Assembly: GCA_964016885.1 (NCBI GenBank)
Contig: OZ024742.1
Coordinates: forward strand, 183,024,001 to 183,088,000
Length of the DNA stretch: 64,000 nucleotides
Direction of reading: 5' to 3'
From: Eledone cirrhosa
Taxonomy: Eukaryota
This document shows positions 26,125-39,775 of the stretch, in pieces. Position 1 is the first letter of the stretch. Every line of letters begins with the position of its first letter. Made by a program: the position numbers and the translations under genes. The notes beneath the pieces were generated by a model that was not told the DNA's origin, did no database searches, and saw only the letters and a program-made list of their open reading frames with translations.

Positions 26125-26240
26125 GCGTGAAATGAAGTGTCTTGCTCAAAAACACAATGCAACACCCAGTCCCGTAATCGAACTCACAACTTCTTGACTG
26201 TGAGTCTAGCTCCCTTATTACTAGGTCACGCACCTTCACG
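26125..26240 (-). mobile_element. tRNA-derived SINE type B head
   Basis: AAGTGTCTTGCTCAA..AATCGAACTCACAAC, similar to 43135-43250. Confidence 0.7.
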
Positions 26241-26639
26241 TGGGGGAATCTATTTTTAAGTAAACGAAACGTTGCCGTAGTGAAATAACTTATAAGGAAA
26301 GATGAACTGGTATGACTGGTGTTAGAATTAAATATTTGAGAAATGCTTCAGTTGACGTTATCACAGTAATATATATTTGAAGTAATATACTTTACAACTG
26401 TGTAAGATTAACACAAGATTAAATATGGAAGAGTTTAGAGGTACAAACATTAGTTGATTAAGTACAAACAAATGACATTCAATTGATGTGAGAAGCATTC
26501 TAATTTAATTTTTGAGATTGTAATATAAAAACAAACTATAACGGTACTCTTGCAATAGCAACTTCTTGAAACCTAATCAAATTCTTTAAGTCGCAATAAT
26601 GATTTTTATTTTTATGTACTTAGCCAGCAGCTTTTAAGG

Positions 26640-26812
26640 GGCGGGAAAATCGGTTAAAACCACCTCAGTATTTGACTAGTACGTTATTTTATTAACCTCA
26701 GAAGGATGAAGGACAAAGTTTACTTCAGTGCGATTTGAACTTAGAAAGTAAAGACTTGGAACAAATACTGCTATGTATTTGGCCGACATTCTAACGACTC
26801 TGCTAATCAACT
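26640..26812 (-). mobile_element. SINE type A, degenerate
   Basis: GAAGGATGAAGG..GATTTGAACT core and B-box reverse complement. Confidence 0.55.
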
Positions 26813-28107
26813 ACCCTCTAAGTAACACCAATGACACGGTTTTGTTTATAATTAAATATTTTAAAATCATTACTTTTGGGGTATATACGAAGTTTAAAAC
26901 TCCTTGGCAAATTCACAAACTTTCACGAGTTGTTAAGTTCGTGTTAAATTCTAATTGAGCAGACCTATGATCAAGAGTCTTTATTTTCAGTCACAGTCGC
27001 AAACTACACTATCGGATGTGCATGATTAAACGTGTAATTTTAATAATGTGCTTTGGCTGTTTACTCGCTAGAAGATTGCTAACATCCCTTCAAAGATCTT
27101 CCGTGTGTATATATATTTTCTATGAATAAATATGTATGTATATTCGTAGAAAATGTAGGGAAACTCAGACGCAATAATTATATTTTTCTCCCCAAACTAC
27201 CAAAACACACATCTGTTTGTATATGCGCTACAATTTATGTTATGTTTATCGCATATCGAAGTTTTTTTTACATATTGATTGATATTTGATAATATATTAT
27301 GTTAACCTTCATAGTAAATATTTGTCATGTCATAACCTTTTCTCCACATATCACTATTTGCCAATTGCTAGTATGTGTATTCAGAAACAGATTTCATAGG
27401 TCAATTTGTAATAATCACTTTATAATTATTGAAAGCTGTAAATGTAATATAATCTGCTTGGACTCAAATTGCATGTTCTGACCATTTTACTGTACAAAGA
27501 GCTAAACTAGTCACTACAACTAAATTGACCAAATTCTCCTCCTCCTTGCCCCCACCCACCCTCCATAAAATAAAAAATGCTTCCACCGCCCCTGATATAT
27601 ATTTTTCAATGAGAAATTTACTGTAACTGCAGTAAATAAGTCTTCAGAATAGTAAAAACCTCTAAATGTTGATCCATCCAATTATTATTTTCAACGTCTT
27701 CATCTGTCTCATAAGTATGGAAGGCATTTTACACTATTGTGACTCAAAGGCTCCTTCTTCATCACAGTGTCTATGACTTCCTTTATTGATAGTATAATAA
27801 TATCCTCTCCTGATGTATATGACATTACTTTATTTGTGTGTGCTAAAAGATATATTGTAAGAGGCCTTCATTTCCCCTTTGAATGTGAAATGATGACTGA
27901 AGAAAAGACATTAAGGTCGGGCGTTTTCCAAGATTTTCATTTGGTGTCTTAATTTGAAAATGTTTGTTTTACTTATATGAAAGATGGTTGTTTATCATTA
28001 GAGTGTCGGACAAAATACCTCGCGGTAGTTATTCCAAATCTTTATTAACTGATTTTGCTTGTGGCTACATGGATGCCAAATTGCAACTCTGATGACACAG
28101 CTGCTAC

Positions 28108-28205
28108 GTTGCAACGATAACGACATTTGGTGTCAAGAGGCAAATGTAACGACATATGGTGCCACGATGCAAATGTAACGACATTTGGTGCCAAGGTTCA
28201 AATGT
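28108..28205. repeat. 30-bp minisatellite, about 3 copies
   Basis: GCAAATGTAACGACATTTGGTGCCA repeated. Confidence 0.8.
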
Positions 28206-28782
28206 CTTTGGATAGCATCTACATGTGTTCAGTACTTTCCATCTCTTTCGTTGACAAACTGTAACATTCGAATGCGTGTGTGAATGTGTGAGTGTGCGTG
28301 AGTGTGTGTTACTGTGTGTGAGTGAGCGTGTAAGCCTGTGTGTGAGTATGTGTATGAGTGTGTGTGTGACTGCTTGATTGTGTGTATGTGAGCATACGTG
28401 TGAGTGTGTGTGTGACTGGGCCTGTGTGAGTGAGTGTGAATGTGTGTGGGAGTATAAGATTCATCTGCTATCAAAATATACAATTATTTATTGAGTATAT
28501 TTTCTTCCTTTCTAAAAACAAATGTTCATCAACTCATACATTGATGTATGTATGTGTGCGTATCTGAGTGTTAATGTATGTGTTTATGTGTATATGCGTA
28601 TCTGGGTATCAATGTGTGTTTGTGTGTATATGTGTATCTAGGGGTCAATATATGGTGTTTATGTATGTTTGAATGTGAGTGCATATATATGTGCATATAT
28701 GTACGTGCGTGTATATATATATATATAGAATCAATATATAAGGGAACAAAGAATCAGTGTTGCATCATATACATGTTTAATT

Positions 28783-28858
28783 ACATATTACATATGTTTC
28801 ACTGTCGATCAGCTCGAGGAACAACCTGACTCTGGAATCGAAAGCTCCTCAGATATGT
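28783..28858 (-). ncRNA. Type I HHR with extended stem II, intact
   Basis: Minus: ACATAT CTGAGGA GCTtTCGATtcCAG..CTGATCGAcAGT GAAA CATATG TA ATATGT. Confidence 0.85.
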
Positions 28859-28884
28859 TTTAACATGTAGACTCGCGCCTGAGA

Positions 28885-28956
<72 letters not shown>

Positions 28957-29204
28957 GAAGTAATTCCGTCGGAAGGGTCCAGGAAAAAAGAGTGTTCTAT
29001 GTAGGTTACAGAGCTTATTAGTTATAATAATATAAATAAATAACTATATAAATAAATAATAAATATAACTATATGAATAAATAATAAATAAATATAACTA
29101 TATAAATAAATAATAAATAAATAATAAATTAATAAATATATATATATATATATATAAAATTGCAAGTCTGAAGTACTGTTAGATAATATATATATATATA
29201 TATC

Positions 29205-29302
<98 letters not shown>

Positions 29303-29310
29303 TAGATATA

Positions 29311-32117
29311 TTTCTTTATTATCCACAAGGGCGCACAAGAAAAGGGGACAATACAAAGACATGCCGGGAATTTTACATACAGTCGTGTAAAAAATATAAA
29401 AACAAACAATTACAACAATCGAAATCCCCAATAGAGGGGAGGCGCCACAAATGGGTTGTTTAATACCCCGTAGATAGAACAACCCTCAACTCAAGGAGCG
29501 TGTTGTGCAAGTGCTCTTTTCTTCCTTTTGCTCTCTTCTTCAAACTACAGGCTTATAAACAGGGAAGGCCCAATTACTCGGACCATTTTCGTTTCATTCA
29601 CCCACCATTCAGTAAATTTACTGGGGTGCAGTGCCTCTCTCTCCACCCTGATTCTCCTTCTAAAGTGATACTTAAAGAAGGGAATCAATTGTTGTCCGGA
29701 GAGAAAGGCATCTGTCTTCAGTCCTCTCAATCTCGTCCACCATATAACTTCTTTCACCATAGCCACTGTACAGAGGAAAACCGCCTCTCTTTCGTTTTTG
29801 AAAGAGGCTGGCGGTTTGATCCTTACTATGGACTCGGCAGTCAACTGGATTTGTCCCATACGCGACAGCAGTTGTTCTGCATAGTTCCACAGGTCGGTTA
29901 CGCCCGGGCAGTGTACAATTGCTTGCAGGACGGTTTCAATCTCCTGCGCGCATCTTGGACAGTCCTCTTGGAAGGATCCCTGCCGGAGCGTCCGTGCCTG
30001 TAGATCTTGGCACGAACTGGTAGAGCTCCTCAGTAGCACTGCCAGGCGAGAGACCTCTGGAAGTTGTCCATAGGTCCCGAGCGGAAAGTCTTACCAAACA
30101 GACTGGTGAGCTCATCGTCTTCGACGCCCAGAGTCTCTCCAGCACGTCGTCGCCCTGGTAACGTACAATCCCTCTAAAGAATGTCGAAGTGGGGTCTCCA
30201 CTAATTGCCGTGCCCGCTTGCCAGAGGACTGTGAGCGCCTGAGCGCATTCAATGTGCCAGGCGCCCATCGTTTTCGGTCTTTTCTTGACCGAGGACTGCA
30301 GCTCCGTCAGCGAGACGAACTGCGGGAAAGCCTGTCTCACAAACGGAGCCCACACCGGTTGGGGGTCGGTGAGGAATACCTGGAGATGCCGCAGCCTCAG
30401 CGCATGTTCGAGCATCATCAGCCACAGCATTCCCAGCTCTCCGCTGGAAGGGTACTGACAGCAGACGGATCTCCTCACCAGCGGAGCCTGCTTCTTCCAC
30501 AGAAGCTGGAAGAGCATGCGTTCCATCTTGGTGAGCTGTTCACGGGGACAAGGCACGACAGTCAAGCGGTAGTAGATGACGGACGCTATGAAAGTGTTCG
30601 CCACTTCCGCTCGACCTTTCAAGGACAGTTTGCACTCTGCCCACTGCTAGGTGCGCACAAACACCTTGGCCGTGACCTCGTTCCAGTTTTTCTCCACCTG
30701 GAGGTCTGGACCGAACCAGACCCCGAGCAATTTCATCGGTCCGTCCGTCCAGCGTCCAACGACACTGTCGGACGTGACGTCATCGGTTTGCCTCTCCACG
30801 TACCGAGTTGCAAACCGACAGACTTGTCCGGGTTTAGTTTTGCTCCCGTCAGCGTTTAGTATTCTTTCAGTAAGTTGCTGATCATCCCGATTTCCGAGGT
30901 GCTCGACACCATTACCGTCACGTCGTCGGCATAAGCTGACACCGCTTTGCGCAGTCTCGGTTCTAGAGGGATGCCCTGCAACAGCTCCAATTTCCGCAGT
31001 AGTGGCTCTAGAGTCAATACATACAGAATGGAGGAGAGAAGGCATCCCTGTCGAATAGAACGCGTGATTGCGAACGGCTCCGATAGGTAGCTGTTCACCT
31101 TGACCCTCGAGCAGATGCTGGTGTGCATCGCCTCGATCCAGCCTCTGAAAACGGGACCGAAACCGGCCGCCTTGAGAACCGCTTCCAAGTATCGATGGTC
31201 GACCCTATCGAATGCCTTAGACTGAACCAAATTGATCAGAGCCCCACCGAAGCCGGGTTTACTACCCACCCTCTCTATGATGTATCGCATGAGGTGGAGG
31301 TTGTCGAGTATGGACCTGGTCGGGATTGCACACGTTTGCGTTTTCCCTACCAGGTGCTCGACGACAAGCGCCAACCTCGTCGCTAGCACCTTGGCCAAAA
31401 TCTTTAACTCTGTGTTGAGCAGAGTTATGGGGTCTGAAATTGTTAATTTCGTCCCCCTTGTTCTCGTCTTTCCTGATCCGCGTTACTACGCCCTTGCCTG
31501 CAGAATTCTTCCGTTCTGCTGCCAATTGCAGTAGACAGCTTCGAGGACGCCAGAGAACAAGACCGGCATGCCTATGTAAAACTCATAGGGTAGACCATCT
31601 AGACCGGGTGACTTGCGTTTCCCGCAGCGGCCACGAGCGTCCCGTATCTCAGTGTCCGTGATCGGTCTTTCGCAGAACTCGGCGCCCGTGTTCGAGAGAC
31701 GCGGCAGGCCGTCGAGGTATGAACTAAAGTCCATTTCCCCGTTCGGCTCACCGTCATTCTGCTCAAACAGTCGCGCAAAGTGCTGCTGAAAGGTCGCGCA
31801 CATTTGCTTGGGGTCAAGTGGCACGCGTTTGTGTTGGTCTTTCAAAGACCGAATCGTGGACTTGTTGCCACTTTTTGCCTCCGCCATTCGGGCCCAGCTG
31901 ACAGCTTTCGCCCCTTCGTTTCCTAGAGCACGTGTTTTGCTTCTGACCACGCAGCCTCCGTGTTTCGCATCGTAGAACTGGTCCAGTGCCGTTCTCGACG
32001 CTAACACTCTAGCCGCGTTGCCACTTCTAAGTGCCTCCTCTACCTTGGCTACTAGTTCTCTTTCTATTTTGTTTTTCTCTAAGGCTAACTTTCTAATTGT
32101 GTTCGTCCAGCTACCAA
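29311..32117 (-). mobile_element. L1/Tx1-clade retrotransposon, 5'-truncated ORF2 pseudogene (RT plus C-terminal Cys/His motif)
   Basis: KSPGLDGLPYEFY, KAFDRVDH, SIRQGCLLS, AYADDV, LLGVWFG, CPRC..ET..HC; several frameshifts; AATAAA at the 3' end. Confidence 0.92.
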
Positions 32118-32118
32118 G

Positions 32119-32120
32119 AG

Positions 32121-32204
<84 letters not shown>
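32119..32204. repeat. (GATA)n microsatellite
   Basis: Direct repeat at the Tx1 5' junction. Confidence 0.95.
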
Positions 32205-32905
32205 GCATCTGAATAAGCATATATATATATATATATAATGTGTGTGTGTGTGTGTGTGTGCTTATGCAGATGCATCGGCACATTTAAAAAGTGGGAGATG
32301 TCACATTTGAGAAAGAAAAAACCCAAGAAAGAAAAAGACATATTGAAAGAGAGAGATGGGGAGAGGGGGAGGGGGAAAAGAAGCGATAGAAAGAGATCTG
32401 TAAAACACAGAAAAGAAAATAGAGATAAATAAGATAATGTATACCGAGCAAAGAGCGCGGCCACCTCTCTCTGCTACCCCACCCCTACACACACAGAGTA
32501 CTACCACCACTCACGCTGTAACCCCACCATGTTCACTGTACTTTCCACTACGCACACTTTACACCAACCACTCAGTATTCCCACACTAATCCCCACCACC
32601 AACACTAACCCACACCGCTACCCTCACTAACCCTTTATATCCACACTAACCTCCTACATCCACACTAATGCCCACCACTGCCCTCTCAGTACTTCCTATC
32701 ACCGACACTGCACTACTTAGTTCCTATAATTGCGAGTTGGTGTGGTGTTGGTGATCTGGGTGAAGGGAGATCAACCTTAACAAGTCGGGATATCGGTATG
32801 GTTTCTTACTATCTTTTTCACTCCCTCTCTCTCTCTCTCTCTCCCTCTTTCTCTCTCTGACTCTCCCTAGCCTTTCTCTCACTCTCTCTCTTTACCCTAT
32901 CTTTG

Positions 32906-32961
<56 letters not shown>

Positions 32962-33104
32962 TGCTGCTGCTGCTCATTTGTGACATTGAGTAAGTTGGAC
33001 GTGACCCCCACGAAACGAATTAGCAGGAAGTAAGGTAATAAGGTGGGGCTGAGGAAGGCAGAGGAGGCAACCGTACAGATAGAGACGTCGGCCAATAGAC
33101 TACT

Positions 33105-33128
33105 ACTACTACCACCCGTGCTCTAACA

Positions 33129-33182
<54 letters not shown>

Positions 33183-33240
33183 ACCGTTACCAAACATCAT
33201 GAATATCAACATCATCACCACCATCAACACCATCAACCCC
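33105..33240. repeat. Compound trinucleotide tract (CTA)n(CTG)n then CAT/CAC-rich
   Basis: Direct repeats. Confidence 0.85.
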
Positions 33241-33649
33241 AGTCAGTGATGTCCACACTGGGATGGAGGGATTGGAATAGAAAAGGAGAAGAGGAAAGCA
33301 GGATGAGAGACGTGGACAGATGATGGCTGACTGCCAGGGATGACAGGTGGTGATGGTGTGGGTGGGGTGCGTTAGATGATGGTGGCATTGGCGATGATTG
33401 CAGTGGTGACGGTTGTGGTGGGGACTCGTAGTCGCAGTCGTGAAGTAGATGGGCTGAAGTGGTGGTAAAGAGAGGGAGAGAGTGAGTGAATGAGCAAGTG
33501 AAAGAGAGAGAGTGAGTATGTGTGAAAGGGAGTGAGTGATAGTGAGAATGAAAGAGTGGAAGTGTTATTGGGTGAAAGACAGAAAAAAGTATATATTTTG
33601 TTAAAACAAAAGGTGAAACATAATTATCATCTATTGAATATTATTGACG

Positions 33650-34780
33650 CATAGAGTTACGGCCCTTGCCATTCTGAGTTCAAATCCCGCCGAGGTTAAC
33701 TTTGCCTTTCATCCTTACGGGGTCGATAAAATAAAGTACCAGTAATGCACTGGTAATTGCTGGCCTTGTGCCTAAAGTAGAAATAATTATTATTTGTTGT
33801 TGTGGTGGTGGTGGTGGTGGATTGGCAGTCGCTAGAGAGTCGGACAAAATACCGAGCAGTAGTTGTTCCCACTATGTACATACTAAATTCAAATCTCTAT
33901 GAGGTCAACATCAACTACAAGAGTCGATAAAATAAAGCACCAGTTAAGTGCTAGGAGTCAATTTAATCGCCTCAAATGTGATGCCGTTACTCGAGATCAA
34001 ATCCCGCCGAGTTTAGCTTTGCCTTTCATCCTTGCGGGTTCGATAAAATAAAGTACGAGTAGTACACTGGAGTCGATTTAATCGTCTTTCCCTTCCAAAC
34101 CCAAAATTGTTGCCCTTGTGCCTTAAACAGAAATTATTATCATCGTCATTAAAATTACCAGACAAATACTATGGTCGATATAATCGAATTTTCCCTCCCT
34201 AAAAATTGTAGGCCTTGTACCTAAATTAGAAGCCATTATCGTTATTATTTACGTTCTGAGTTCAAATTCCGCCGAGGTTAGCTTTGCCTTTCAGCCTGAG
34301 GTCGATTTAATCGACTTTCCCCGCCCCACAAAATTGTTCGCCTTGTGCCTACATCAGAAACCATTTCCAACATAGTTACGTCCCTTTGCGGTCTGAGTTC
34401 AAATCCCGCCGAGGTTAACTTTGCCTTTCATCTTTACGGGGTCGATAAAATAAAGTACCAGTAATGTACTGGGTAATTGATGGCCTTGTGCCAAAAGTAG
34501 AAACAATTATATCCCGCCGAGGTTAACTTTGCCTTTCATCCATACGGGGTCGATAAAATAAAGTACCAGTAATGTACTGAGTTATTGCTGGCCTTGTGCC
34601 AAACGTAGAAACAATTATTTACGCCCTGAGTGAAAATCCCACCGAGGTTAATTTTGCCTTTCATCCTTACAAGGTCGATAAAATAAAGTAACAGTAACGC
34701 GATGGGTCGATTTAATCGATTTTCCGCTCCCCTAAAAATTGCTGTCCTTGTGCCTTAATAAAAAATCATTAGTATTATTA
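33650..34780 (+). mobile_element. Head-to-tail cluster of about 7 partial type A SINE units
   Basis: Repeated TCTGAGTTCAAATCCCGCCGAGGTTAACTTTGCCTTTCATCC..GGGGTCGATAAAATAAAGTACCAG..CCTTGTGCC. Confidence 0.9.
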
Positions 34781-35604
34781 TCAAATCAATGATAATGAAG
34801 AGAAAGCAATGAAGAAATTACAACAATGTACAACAAAACAACACTAGATTTCAGAGAACGGATTCTAAATGTAGAGAGAAACAAAAGGTAATAATGGTTT
34901 GTCTCAGAGAATCTTTAGAATGTGACTCATCTAACCTTTGCAGAGACACCAACCGCAATGTGGGGAATAAATGTACAGTGTATGTATGTGTGTGTTTGTG
35001 GAGAGAGAGTGAGAGATAGGGTCGGTCCACAGTATATATAATAACTGTACTGTGGACCTGTTTGGAGTGTGTGTGTGTGTGGAGAGAAAGAGAGAAAGAA
35101 AGCAGACTACAAGATATATAACTGTACGGTGGATGTGATGTGTGTGTGGAGAGAGAGAGAGAAAGAAAGAGACGGACCACACGATATATAATAACTGTAC
35201 TGTGTGAGTGAGTTTGTATATGAGAGAGAGAGGGGGGGATCACAAGATATATACTGTGCTATCGATGTGTATGTTCAGAGTGTGTGCCTGAAGTGAGTGA
35301 AGAGAAATGGGTGAGGCGAACTACGTGGTATATAATAAGTAACAATACAGCATGTATGGGCGTGTGGAGAATGACAGACCACAGGGTGTGTGGTGATTCC
35401 GCATGCGTATATATATATATATATATATATATATCTGTGTGTGTGTGTATATGAGTATATATATACATATATAGAGAGAGAGAGACAGGGACAAACCACT
35501 AGACGAGTATCTGCTGTGGATATATATGTGTAGTGTGTCTTTCTGAAGAAAGTCTGTACACACACGCGCGTGCATATATATATGTATATATATGAGTGGA
35601 ACAG

Positions 35605-35713
35605 TTATAGTCCGGTAGAAGTCATTTCTATAATAAAATAAAGATGCCTATACTCTTCTGATGTATTGAGTACCTTTTTAACTGTGGTCACCTCACGATA
35701 TACATCTGGAATC

Positions 35714-35715
<2 letters not shown>
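35605..35715 (+). mobile_element. Diverged family-2 3' fragment
   Basis: TAGTCCGGTAGAAG..ATACTCT..TGTATTGAGTACCTT. Confidence 0.55.
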
Positions 35716-35747
<32 letters not shown>

Positions 35748-35749
35748 TA

Positions 35750-35844
<95 letters not shown>

Positions 35845-35877
35845 GTGTGTGTGTACATATGGTATACATACATATAT

Positions 35878-35942
35878 ATAATTGTTTCTACTTTAGGCAC
35901 AAGGCCAGCAAATACCCAGTGCATTACTGGTACTTTATTTTA
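35878..35942 (-). mobile_element. SINE type A tail
   Basis: AATTGTTTCTACTTTAGGCACAAGGCCAGCAA..ACTGGTACTTTATTTT. Confidence 0.75.
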
Positions 35943-36399
35943 TACATACATATATGTGTTTGTGTGTGTGTGGTTGAAACCAAAATTATGTCTTGATTTC
36001 GAACAAGGTAAATCTTGAAGTTCGAGTTAATAATCAAACGACTTAGTTTTAGTCAGTGTTTATTTAGTTTATATCGTTAATTATTTAGTTGTTTAATTTT
36101 AAATATTTATTAAGTTGATTAAGTATTTATAGGATAAGTATTTATGTATATATAGTTATAAAAAAATTTGGTTATGGATAATTAAAATTTATTACAGGTG
36201 CTAACTTCATAAACGTAAATGGTTTTGTCGTGTTACTAAAAAGACATTTAGGTATATCTGTTTTTAATTATAATTAAAAGGAAGAAAAGGAGAGGGTTTT
36301 TAACCTCTATGTCTGATACGGTCAATTTCTTCCACAAAAGGAAGAGAAAGTGAAACGAAAGTAATAAAGAGATATATATGAAGAATCGACTCTAATACT

Positions 36400-36537
36400 A
36401 GACTAGTACTTTATTTAACGACCTTGAAAGGATGAAAAGTTATATTGACCTCGGCTGGATTTAAACTCCGAGTGCAGTGAGCTGAAACAAATATCGAGGC
36501 ATTTAATCTGATGCCCTAACCACTCTGCCAATTCACT
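36400..36537 (-). mobile_element. SINE type A, degenerate
   Basis: Core reverse complement and AACCACTCTGCCAATTC head. Confidence 0.6.
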
Positions 36538-36782
36538 ACATTAATTATAATATTTATTTTAAAAAAGAGAGAGAATGTCACACTGACTCGTATTAAATAT
36601 TAAAACCAAGCGACTTAGTTTCAGTTTCAAGTAGATTGAACTATATTGTTAATTAGTTAATAGAATTTCATATAAAAGATAGCTAATGTAAAATATTTCA
36701 TTTAGTTAATTGACAAGTTTACGTGTTTGTCGGGTTACTGAAAAATAAGTTGTTTATATAATATATTTTTACTAATATATCT

Positions 36783-37090
<308 letters not shown>

Positions 37091-37163
37091 ATATATATAT
37101 ATATATATATATATTATTCAAACTTATTAATAAATGAATACGTTCACATAATCAAAATATATG

Positions 37164-37225
37164 TTTTATTATATATATGTCGGAGGTACTGTGCTGTTGT
37201 TTCAGTACACCCTCATCAGATAAAA
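37164..37225 (-). ncRNA. Type I HHR with mutated core (GACA for GAAA), inside fold-back 37110-37327
   Basis: Minus: TTTTAT CTGATGA GGGtGTACTG..CAGTACcTCC GACA TATATA TA ATAAAA. Confidence 0.6.
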
Positions 37226-37418
37226 TATATGAATTGATGTATGATATACCTCAACTGTCTTGATGGTTCAATTCCATATTTTGATTATGTGAACGTAATC
37301 ATTTATTAATATTTTGAATAATATTACTAACTCCAGAAAACTTCTTTGTAGAGTGCTTTTAATCTATTGTAAAACTATATTCATTGAGTAATCAATGAAT
37401 CATATTAATCTTTGGTTA

Positions 37419-37453
<35 letters not shown>

Positions 37454-37459
37454 CTTTAA

Positions 37460-37830
37460 TAAGTTTCGACCAGTTATGCCAGTATTGGCCCAAGCTATGT
37501 CTAACTTAATAGCACCACCTGGCGAAGTTTTTCAACTCATGATCCACACCTCAGTCATGTTTTCTACACCATGGCCAACTCTAGTAAAAAGTTATTGTTT
37601 TCGAAGACATATCCGGGAGTAGAGGGTTTATTCGAAATTTCTTTGAAAAATTCGTGCAGGGACATTTTGAATTTTTTGGTATCTGTTTTTATTCTGATGT
37701 GTTTTGGTATATTAACGAGAGGAGGACCAGTTGAGGTGAAATAGTTGCGTCGCAATGTTGTTATGGGATGCGAGTTTGATTTTTTGTAGTGGGCGGACAG
37801 CACAAGACCCAACCCTTGAGGCATTTTATA
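37460..37830 (-). mobile_element. Decayed CR1/L2-like LINE 3' fragment
   Basis: F..TGP.L.NIPKHIR..FK..L..F...I..KP parallels the C-terminus of the 13728 element. Confidence 0.55.
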
Positions 37831-37834
37831 TATA

Positions 37835-37935
37835 CACGGTGTCCCCCAAAAATATATACACACTTCAAAATCATTCTAATAAATATTGCCTGTACAGGTA
37901 ATCAACGTGTGTATACATTTTTTGGGGACACCCTG
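37835..37935. mobile_element. Tc1/mariner-type MITE
   Basis: TIRs CACGGTGTCCCCCAAAAA / TTTTTGGGGACACCCTG flanked by TA. Confidence 0.75.
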
Positions 37936-38799
37936 TATTTAGATACATAATTCTCCTCCTGCTTGTGGATGACAACAGAGCACAGCATTGCATTGGTTTT
38001 TCTTACATTAACACTGGTGTATTGCTCTTGTAATGCACTAGTGAAGATTTGGTTATGCCACCAAACAAAATCCGCAAAAGACAACTTATACACTGCCACA
38101 ATATCTCCCAATGATGCTTTAGCCCCACACAGATAACAGGCGTCAGTGTCGCTCTATTCAAGAGTAAATTCAGCCTGGCTGTTTCCATTTTCTATATCCT
38201 ATGTTTCACTATCCAAGCACGTTGATTTCCTAACCCTGTTGACATGCTGCTCTACGTCAATACGAGGGATTTCTTTAGTTACCATTTCTTGCCATCCTCT
38301 ATTATTCTGGTGGGATATCCATTTCTTTTGTGTTTGTGCCAGACCTTTCCGTATATTCTACACTGCACCTATCACCTCTTTCATTTCATGCTTTATTTTC
38401 AAAGATAAACAACTTTATATAACACCAAGAACTACAACGCCAAGTCCACTATATTTCAATGAAATAACTTCATGAATAGCACTGATAAATACCAATTTAA
38501 CCAACACACAGAAATAACTTCTGCGCGATGGGGAGGTAGAATACGATTTTGAAGAATTGGAAACAGGAGATTTTTATCATGTACTTCAAAAAGCATATGC
38601 AACAAATGTCACAGAATGTGATCATAACGTTTCTAGAAGACACAAGTAATAGATAAGGCTACAGTTTGTGGACAGCAGAGTGATGATGAGGTTGAACCGT
38701 TTCCCAAGAAACTAGAACCTTGTTAAACGACAATCCCTAATAAAGTAATTTCGTCTATTAACTTGTCAATATTCGTAACATATCTGTATATAGTGAACA

Positions 38800-39090
38800 C
38801 GCGTGTTCAACTCACGATTGTAAAGTCATGCTTTCGATTCCCAGCGACATGTTGTGTCCTTGAGCAAGACACTTTATATAGCGTTGCTCCCAGTCCAATC
38901 AACTGGCAAAAATGAATTGCACCTATAATTGTAAGGCCCAACGTTGTTGCGCATTGTGTCATATTGAATCTCCCTAGGAACTATATTACGGGTGAACATT
39001 CTTATGGAATGATCAACAATTTGCACGTTATTTTTGCGGGCAGGCTGTTCTGATCTTCGGATTGGAACACTCGGCGTCTTAACAGTCGGA
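38800..39090 (+). mobile_element. SINE type B
   Basis: TTCGATTCCC B-box then TTGTGTCCTTGAGCAAGACACTTT; related to 53110-53430. Confidence 0.7.
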
Positions 39091-39262
39091 TGTCCAGACA
39101 CATTTTTAAGGTGTTTAGGTTATCTTCTGAAATGTTATTACTGTCTATCATGTCCAACTAAAAGTGAATATAGTTCCAATATCGTACACATATACAATAT
39201 AAATCCGCTTAAACGGACATCCTTCCGCACCTATTAGTACGGTTAAACGAGGCTTCACTGTG

Positions 39263-39294
<32 letters not shown>

Positions 39295-39299
<5 letters not shown>

Positions 39300-39435
39300 G
39301 AAGAAAGTGTGGTAAGGATCCAGGTGGACCATAACACACCAAAGTACTCGATACTTAGGGTAGTCGAGTGGATAATAGGAAAAGAGTCAGGACCCCCGAC
39401 GGCCGGAGTTCAGCCGTCGAGGTCCTGACTCTTTT

Positions 39436-39440
<5 letters not shown>
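39295..39440 (-). mobile_element. Family-1 fold-back element (short hairpin)
   Basis: Homologous to 226-415. Confidence 0.8.
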
Positions 39441-39473
<33 letters not shown>

Positions 39474-39564
39474 GGAGGTGAGTTTTATTGTAGTACAATA
39501 AAGCAATGCAGATATCGGATAAGAAGCACTCTACAGTTTGTGTCATTTAACCATCTTTTGATCT

Positions 39565-39654
<90 letters not shown>

Positions 39655-39742
39655 TGTAGTGTAATTTAATAACGAATATCCAAACTTAGAAATTTCTGCT
39701 TACTTTGTGTATGTATCTATGTGTGCTTACTTTGTCAGTTTG

Positions 39743-39775
<33 letters not shown>

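Noticed and set aside
27586-27960. Possible hAT TIR (CAGGGGCGG on minus) and transposase remnant
   Set aside because: No partner TIR or convincing protein motif
29500-30859. Long plus-strand ORFs
   Set aside because: Antisense shadows of the GC-rich Tx1 ORF2
39200-39262. Tigger/pogo-like terminus (CAGTGAAGCCTCGTTTAA on minus)
   Set aside because: Only one end seen; nearby ORFs not recognisable as transposase
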